The notes under the pieces: model-generated
The model's database searches: none
What the model was told of the DNA's origin: nothing
Seen by the model: the letters and a program-made list of their open reading frames with translations, nothing else
Origin: the human T2T-CHM13v2.0 reference genome, Homo sapiens
Assembly (NCBI RefSeq): GCF_009914755.1
Contig: NC_060932.1
DNA: 64,000 bases
Reading direction: 5' to 3' (one strand)
Made by a program: the position numbers and the translations under genes
Shown here: piece after piece, positions 55,903 through 64,000 of the stretch
Position numbering within the stretch: position 1 is the stretch's first letter
Layout: every line of letters starts with the position of its first letter

Positions 55903-56960
55903 CCAAAGGAGTATTCACTAGCTATTTTTACCTGAATATATCATCACTTCAATTAAAAAGAAAATTATGTTGACTGCTAGCGGTTCATGTAGTTATTGTT
56001 CACTAAAATACAAAAGAGGACATATATGTAAGCTATTTCTAAATGTAAACTTTGTTTCAATTTAACAATGTGTAAAGATCAGGTTACTGGATTTACAAAT
56101 GTAATCTGTACGTGTTCGATACATGTAAATGTCGCCAAGCTGAAAACAAATGCAACACGATTAATATAATTTTATAGATATAAATATCACCACATTAAAA
56201 AAGGCAGCAGTACATCCATTTATGTGTGCACTTAGTGCTAACAGCAATCTACACTCTGGTCACAGTTGCACACTTGGCCAGCTCCGGAACACACATTTTT
56301 AAATGCATTCACAGATGTCATTTGCTCAGGCAAATGAAGATAAATAATTTTTTGTGTGTTTCTCCTCACCTAGCGCCCACAAGAGCGCCTGGTACACAGT
56401 TCACTCTCCCCATGATGTTTGCTTATAGAGATGCAACACCAGGCATCATGTTGACCTAGCTGAATAATGAAAATGTTTTGCAAACTCAATTGAAGTTTTA
56501 AACCACTGGAAACAATGTCTGTCTGTGGCCAGAGCTCTGCCTCCTAGGAGAAAACATTCAGACTTCCTAGGCCCCCTGTGTTGTATTTTTTTTTTTATTG
56601 AAACGAAGATGAAAGAGACAGAAATGATACCTGCTTAATGAGGTCATTGTGAAGTTCTTCCGCTCCACGGGGCTATTTTGTGGGGAGGGAAGCAGCAGGC
56701 TCCCTTCTCACCCCCCTGTGCTTGGGAAGTTCTCTAGCAGGCCTGCTGTGAGATCCTTGGGGCTCAGCCAGGCCTCAGAGCTCCTGGTTTCCTAACCAGA
56801 GTGTAGACTACAGAATTTTTGAGGGCCAAATTCTATTTGTCTTAAAACCTCAGTGTACAGCATAGTACACAGCACATAGCAGATGCTTAATGTCTATGGT
56901 TAGACTTTAGAAGAAGGAATGAAGGAGTGATTAAGTCATTATTGAATCATGCCACCCTAG

Positions 56961-57311
<351 letters not shown>

Positions 57312-58785
57312 GAGAGGGTGTATTTCTTTATCCCTCCCTCTCATCTATCCATCCACGTATCTGTCCATCCATGTCTTCATACCCTGATTGACTTATATAT
57401 CAACTCAGCTCTTATTTATTGGCTTTCTCTGTGCCAGGCTATGTATTAGTAGCTGAAAATACAGACATGGAAAGATCCAATCTCTGCTATCCAGAACTTA
57501 TGATTTTATGGAAGTAACGATAAGGAGACATTTTCAATCTAATGTGATAATTGTTATAACAAATAGAAGTACAGGGAGAAAAAGGAATATGCTGTCATGG
57601 AAATAGCAGGTGCTAAATGAATAACTATTGAATGGATGGATGGAGAATAAGGAAAGGAGGAGGAAAGAGAGGGAGGGAAGGAGGAAGGAAGGAGAGGACA
57701 CGAAGGAGGGAAGAGGGAAATGACACAGATAATAATGTGTGCAGAAAAGAATTCCTTGGGATGTCTTGAAAGAAGAGCAGGCATTGGGTCTGGCATCGCT
57801 CCTGGCACAGTCCATCTGTGTGCACACTGGCTTGTGACCAAAACCTTACCATGCCATCACTCATCCTGCTCATTGCTTTAAACAAGGATTCCAGCGGATT
57901 TGGGTTTCAACAGCTGCTTCTGTTATTTCATTGACATGTAAAAACCATATCCTCAGCCTGACTGCGGTGGACCTTAGCCTGCCGGGGGTGGGTGGAGGAG
58001 CTGCTGCTTGGCACTGTGTGCACCAGCCCTGGCTCCTGCCTCCGCCCCATCTCATCCCTTACACAGGCCCCAGGCTGAAGGGCTCTTAAGGTCACCCACT
58101 AACCAGAAATAGCCTAAGCTCACAGCAGGCTTCCAGCTTGGGCCTCCAGCAAGGGAGGCCAGAGTTCGATGTCCGAATTAACTGAGAACTCCCCAAGGGT
58201 TCCCTGTACCTCACGGTCTGGCTTTCTGGGTAGCACAAAAAGAAGGAAGGCAGAGTGTGAAGGAGAACAGAGGAGAGGAGAGAGGGGAAGGAAGCCAGTC
58301 TGTCTACCAGGATAGGCTTCTGAAAAGAAGACTGCTGCTACAATACCCAGAGCAGGCCCACTCCAGTTAACTCCCACTGTCATCTCGTCTGTTTGTCTAT
58401 GCATCCATTGTCCCCAGCAGAGTCACCAAGCACCTCTCACATGCAGGGACTGAGCTGAGAGGAACAGATAGAGAGGGACAATACAGCCTGGTACAGGAGA
58501 TGAAGGGCCCCGGGGCCATTGGCTCAGCAGAACTTCGCAGACACTTTCCCCAGCACAGTTCTACTTGGCGTCTGCCTTTTGTAAATCTTTCTGTTCCTTC
58601 TACTCAAATGGAGAAGAACTTTTTTACCCCTTATCAAGGGTCACTGTCTATAGAAAAAGAAAACAAATCACAGCCCTGGGCACACAGTGAGATATTTATT
58701 CTAGTCTCAGTCCATTCTAGGACGGTCGTGGTGGTGTTCACAGAATGCACCACTTTTTAAAAATAGAAACACATAGACAAAACTC

Positions 58786-58788
58786 TAC

Positions 58789-58821
<33 letters not shown>

Positions 58822-58910
58822 TATATATATACACATACATACACACACATATATACACACACGTACATACACATATATACACACATATATATACATGTGT
58901 ATATATATAT
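58786..58910. repeat. Compound (TA)n/(CA)n microsatellite
   Basis: Direct reading. Confidence 0.95.
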
Positions 58911-59320
58911 GAATGATAGTGAATGGTTAATCAAAGAAAACATTGAGAAGAAAGGAATGAGGGTGTGTTCTTGCAAAGCACATAGAAATCCTCACTCACT
59001 GTCTTCTTCTGAGTCTTATTCTCAAACAGCATCTCATTTGACTCAGTCACCCCTGAGTGGAGATCACAAAGGAGTAAACTGGGAAGCCTGGGGAACGCAC
59101 ATTCTGCTCCTAGAAAGCTTTCATCAGGACCTGGTATGCAGCAATCCCCTTCCAGTGTGCACAAGAAGCAAGAGGTCCAAGGCACAACACAGGGTGCTGT
59201 GAGCTGACAGCCATGGGCCTCCTGGTGCCCCCCTGACCTGAAAGGCCACATGCATGATGGGAAACTCCCACTGCACCACCCAGGGTTCTGCTGGGGCTGA
59301 AGGTGGACTGCAGACAATAC

Positions 59321-59443
59321 CTTCTCTCCAGCTGGACAGGAGCAGTTGATGGTCTTCAAAAACCCAATCTGTTCACTGCCTGGGGTGGGAGGCCGCTGGG
59401 GTGGGGGTGGAGGTGGAGGCTCTGTCACCACGGTCACCTGGCA
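59321..59443 (-). CDS. COL22A1: COL22A1 exon, 123 bp (CQVTVVTEPPPPPPPQRPPTPGSEQIGFLKTINCSCPAGEK), Pro-rich linker into the collagenous domain
   Basis: ttccag|TGC CAG GTG...GGA GAG AAG|gtattg; peptide visible in ORF 58931..59437. Confidence 0.96.
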
Positions 59444-60460
59444 CTGGAAGGAAAGCCCAGGAGGTCAGAACCTGGCTCTTCACTCAGCAGGCACTCCCTG
59501 GCAGAAGCACAGTGTCGGGTGCTTCCTCAGAACCAGGCAGCCAAAGGTTGAGAAAACGCTGAGGATGTCTCTCCTGAGGCCTTGGGGCAGAAAGCCTGGC
59601 CGGCCCAGGCTCAGCCATTTCACTGGCTGGCTCAGCAATCTGGGTGAACCGCCCACAGTCTCACACCTCGCAAGTGCTCAACAGTTCCCGCTGTCCCTAT
59701 TCTCACCTCCTCCTTTTCCTTCTTCATCCCATTCTGTTCTTCCCTCACCCTCTGACTCCACAACCAGGTCCATCTGGCTGCACATTCCCAGCACCTGCTG
59801 TCTATCTGCATGCCACAGAAGCCCTGAGCCGGGTGCGCTGGCTGAGTTGGAACTGGGTCCTGGGGATGAGGCTAACCAGGCATTGCGTGGATCTCACCCT
59901 GCAGCCCGGGAAGCAGGCTCCATTATTATTTGAGTCTTTCAAGCAAGCCTTGTGACCAGGACTTGGCAAAGAGGGTTGGAAAGGGAGAGGCCTGAAACGG
60001 GGCAGAGGCTGAGGTCCGAGAACAGAGCGGAGCCTGCACAGAGGGATTGAAGGGGCAAACCCTGGTGTCTTGGGCCATCCATGTCCTGACCTCCCTGTCT
60101 TGCTGACCAGCCCAGGGCACTGCGGCCTCTCCCTCCTCTGGGCGCTGGTGGCACGGACAGTCATCCCCTCATTAGAAACACCCTCCCAGCCCCTGCCTCC
60201 TACATCCCCTAGAGCAAGGCTTCATCACTCAGCTAGCAGCACTGGGGTTACACTGACTAAGGTACAGACCACAGTAGCCCTGGAGGAACCTGCATGGCTT
60301 GGCTCCCCCAGCCCATACCCTAAGCTCCCTCTCAGGCCATATTCTGATGGTGGATGTCTCCCTGACCACCAACCACCCAACCCTAAGCTCTGGATTCCCC
60401 TTCCCTCTGGAGGCCACACACCCATTTCCTCCCATCCTCTCTGTGCGAGAGTCTGCTCAC

Positions 60461-60541
60461 CGGACCCGAGGGGATATCACAACAAGTCTCCAATTCTGCG
60501 TGTCTCGAGTCACAATAGATCACAATCCGCTGTAGGTCAAA
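60461..60541 (-). CDS. COL22A1: Collagen alpha-1(XXII) coding exon, 81 bp (FDLQRIVIYCDSRHAELETCCDIPSGP), end of TSPN/LamG-like domain
   Basis: Minus strand reads ctttccag|TTT GAC CTA...GGT CCG|gtgagc; phase 0/0. The peptide joins in frame to the next exon and matches the recalled COL22A1 protein. Confidence 0.95.
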
Positions 60542-60739
60542 CTGGAAAGGAAAGCAAGGAGAGAGGATAAGTTTTAGGGACTTTGGAACCCAGAAACCTC
60601 CGTGGTTTCACACAGGCCCCGTCCTGGTATCTGGTTCCACTTCCTCTTTGGGGTCTTCCTGAGTCCACCCCGGGATACCCCTATCCTGGGCTCCACTCTG
60701 GATTTTCACAAGGAGCTAAGCATCATCTGCTCACACCCC

Positions 60740-61097
60740 TGATCTGGCTTGGCTGTGTCCCCACCCAAATCTCATCTTGAATTGTAGCTCCCATAATTCC
60801 CATGTGTTTCGGGAGGGACCCGGTGGGATAACTGAATCATGGAGAGGGTTTCCCCCATACTGTTCTCATGGTAGTGAATAAGTGTCACGAGATCTGATGG
60901 TTTTATAAGGGGTTTCCCCTTTTTCTTGGCTCTCATTCTCTCTTGACTGCCACCAAGTAAGATGTCTCTTGTTCTTCTGCCATGACTGTGAGGCCTCCCC
61001 AGCCATATGGAACCGTGAGTCAATTAAATCTCTTTCCTTTATAAATTACTCAGTCTTGGGTATGTCTTTATTAGCAGTGTGAGAACAGACTAATACA
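60740..61097 (+). mobile_element. THE1 (THE1C/D-like) solo LTR
   Basis: tgatctggcttggctgtgtccccacccaaatctcatcttgaattgtagctccc...cagactaataca; TSD acccc at 60735-60739 and 61098-61102. Confidence 0.92.
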
Positions 61098-61779
61098 ACC
61101 CCTTCCTTCCATAAGGGAGAGCCCCCGTGCAAGGGGCTTCAGGACACGTTAAAGTCCAGCGTTTCGTTCTACACTGAAGGGGCTTCAGGACACGTTAAAG
61201 TCCAGCGTTTTGTTCTACGCTGAAGGTGCTAAGGCCTCTGCCCTCCGCTCCGCACACAGGGGCACACCACCATCCTCTCTCCAGGTCACCAGCACTGCAT
61301 TGAACAAGATCCTTAATGATGCTATTGCAAAGGCCTCCAAGTTCCACATATCCCTATTTTCAACCTCTCCAGGCATTTCCACAGTTGTTTCAGTGAACTT
61401 TTAAAATAAAAACTTACTTCTATCACCTCCTTTAATATGACAGCCCCTTAAACAAGACGTAACACGTAAAAAACCTAAAATTTAAAGGGGTTGTGGTGCT
61501 AAAACATCCACATGCATGAACACATTCACACACACACAGTCTACAGACAAAGCCCAGGCCCTTTCGTGGGACACCCCACCTGCCAGGGCCTGGCCCTGCC
61601 TGGCTCCCCAGGTGTCCCTCTCTTCACCTGCACTTGCACTCTGCAGCATCTAACCACATGGCAAACCACACCTGCACATTCACGCTTTAGCACGTGGTAC
61701 CTCTTCTAGGAAAGCCCTTGAGCAACAAGCAATCTCCCAGTCACCACCCAGAGCCATATCCAGGTATCCCCTTTAGGGG

Positions 61780-62313
61780 CTGTTTTTCAAATACATCCAC
61801 AGATTGGGAACTTAATTCCCCTCCCCTGGTGTGAAGTGATGGCATGTCACTTCTGAGATCAGGTCATAAGAAGACTGGCTGCTGTCTTCAGTGTGTTCTT
61901 CTCTCTCTGTCTCTCTGTGTGTCCCTCTCTCTCTCATCACTCACCATGGGGCACAGAAGGTAGCATGTTGTCAGCTACTCAGTGGACAGGCACAGGTGGA
62001 AAGGAATTAGGGTGGCTGCAAACACTAGCAAGGAACTGAGGTCCTCCATTCCACAGCTCACAAGAAGATTCCAACAGCTCCTAGTGAGATTGGAGGTGGC
62101 TTTTCAGCCTTATTTGAGCTTTGAGATGACTGTAGCATTGGCCAGCAGCTTGAGGGCAGCCCAGTGAAAGACCCTGAGTGAACCACTCAGCTAAGCCACT
62201 CTCAGATTCCTCATCCATGGAATCTATGAGACAGTACATGTTTGTTGTTTTAATCTGCTTTTGCTGGGGGAGATGGGATAACTTGTTACACAGCCACAGG
62301 TGTAACTGATACA
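61780..62313 (+). mobile_element. MLT1-family solo LTR, old
   Basis: gtcacttctgagatcaggtcataagaagac...cagctaagccactctcagattcct...ttgttacacagc...taactgataca; left boundary approximate. Confidence 0.7.
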
Positions 62314-62372
62314 CCTCCCTCTACAGCCAAGAATTCATCAGGCCCTCTTCTCTGCCACATGTGCATCTTGCA

Positions 62373-62713
62373 TGATATGGTTTGGCTGTGTCCCCACCCA
62401 AATCTCACCTTGAATTGTAATAATCCCCATGTGTCAAGGGTGGGGCCAGGTGGAGATAATTGAATCCCCATACTGTTCTTGTGATAGTGAATAAGTGTCA
62501 TGAGATCTGATGGTTCTATAAACGGGAGCTCCCTTGCACACGCTTTCTCTTGCCTGTTGCCATGTAAGATGTGACTTTGCTCCTCATTCACCTTCCACCA
62601 TGATTGTGAAGCCTCCCCAGCCATTTGGAACTGAGTCAATTAAACCTCTTGCCTTTCTAAATTACCCAGTCTTGGGTATGTCTTTATTAGCAGCATAAGA
62701 ACAGACTAATACA
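62373..62713 (+). mobile_element. THE1 (THE1B-like) solo LTR
   Basis: tgatatggtttggctgtgtccccacccaaatctc...cagactaataca; TSD ttgca at 62368-62372 and 62714-62718. Confidence 0.92.
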
Positions 62714-64000
62714 TTGCAGAGACAGCTAACATCAGACACAGCAGACTGAAGGATAATTAGACGTCTGTATGTCCATCTTCCTTCCAGGCTCCAGGACTTC
62801 CGAGAGCAAGGACCGAATCCCAGGCAGTGCTGCCTTCTCAAGCACGAAAGCCGAACTCTTGCTAATGTATCAGAGCTGTCGACAATCTCTCGCTCTCCCC
62901 AGGCCCTGCAGGACATGGTTCAAGCTCACCCCTAGTCTGCCATGCTCATTGCTCCCTTTCCTTCAGCCACATTGGTTTCCTCCTGCCACCCCTCCTGCTC
63001 CTGCGCTGGCTCCTCAGCCGCCTGTCCACACACAGGCCCTCCCTGTCACTCTAGCACAACATCCTGAATGTGGTCCTAACAGCACTTCTCACAATGAATG
63101 ATTCTGTCTGTTTCTTAGCTCAGTTTTTTAAACATCCCTAATAGAACATAGACCACGAGGGCAAGGTCTCCTGTCTCCTGTCCTTCGCTGGAGCAGTCCG
63201 ACTCATAAAAGTGCCGTACAATCGATGGCTGGGTGGACGAGTGGATGAATGGATGGGCATTTATCAAATGGAGCTTGAGCTCAGTCAGTGGAGGGGGGAA
63301 CGCTTATTGCATTGAACACTGATGCAAAGTGCCCTGGACTGACCACTCCCCTGCTCCCTTCTCAGGCCCATGTTGGACTCGGGAGTCCCTCTGCACACTG
63401 AAGTGCCCCTTGAAGTGTAGCCCCTCACCCCACTGACTTTGTTCAGCAGAAACAATAACAATACCATTCATCTGTCTGTTTTATTTCCTGTAGAGAACCA
63501 GCCCAGAAACAGGAGAAAATGACAAAATGAAAAATTGTGGTTTTGAACAAAGCCTACTTTCAGAGACAGCCCTGCTTTCTTCATTATCAAACATACTCGC
63601 AGCAGCTGGGACTGCCTGGCAAGGCCGCAGGGACAGGGAAGGAGAAGAAGGAGACAGGAGGCAGGCCAGGGACAGAGCACACTGGATTGGGGATCTGGAC
63701 AGAGGCGTTCTCAGGTGGGGTGAGAGGTCCTCTGAGCCAAGAGGGGCCCCTTTCCGATTGCCTGAAATGCCAGCATTGCCCCAGCCACTCAATCCTTCTC
63801 TTCCTTTCCTCCCTGCCCCACACCCTGGGATTTCACCTCCTGACATCACTGTGCTGCCCCACTCCTGTCTGGAAGTCCTGCTCCGGTTTCTGCCCTCAGC
63901 AATTATGGGTTGAACTGCTGCATGGGTCTGCTTGGCTCCCTGGATCCCAGCTTCCCTCCGTATCCCACCCATCAGCAGCTTAGAGACCCTTTGCTGGCTG

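Noticed and set aside
59382-59407. G-quadruplex-like motif
   Set aside because: Fully explained by poly-proline codons on the opposite strand.
60740-62713. Two co-oriented THE1 LTRs 1.3 kb apart resembling a full provirus
   Set aside because: Each LTR has its own distinct TSD (acccc versus ttgca), and the sequence between them is unique DNA plus an MLT1 LTR, not THE1 internal sequence.

Overview
This is primate, almost certainly human, genomic DNA from the interior of the collagen XXII gene COL22A1, which is transcribed on the minus strand. I traced 14 consecutive GT-AG, phase-0 coding exons from 60541 down to 2356. They encode the end of the TSPN domain, a poly-Pro linker and the start of the interrupted triple helix, including the integrin-binding motif GLQGER. 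From memory these are about exons 8-21; the numbering is unverified. The rest is intron, filled with Alu, L1, MaLR/ERVL solo LTRs, MER DNA transposons and simple repeats, including a ~2 kb complex (TG/TGA) array. There is no prokaryotic system here, and nearly all ORFs in the track are chance or repeat-derived. The most unusual object is a young 173-bp insertion at 50578-50766. It has 62 nt of unmutated 5S rRNA fused in INVERTED orientation to an L1 3' end and tail, inside a perfect 16-bp target-site duplication (TSD), which suggests L1 twin-priming in trans on a second RNA. I also found several template-switch scars: perfect palindromes, an inverted micro-duplication, an Alu fragment captured inside an Alu, and a distant duplication bracketing an exon. 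Repeat subfamily calls rest on recalled consensus sequences, not on a search.
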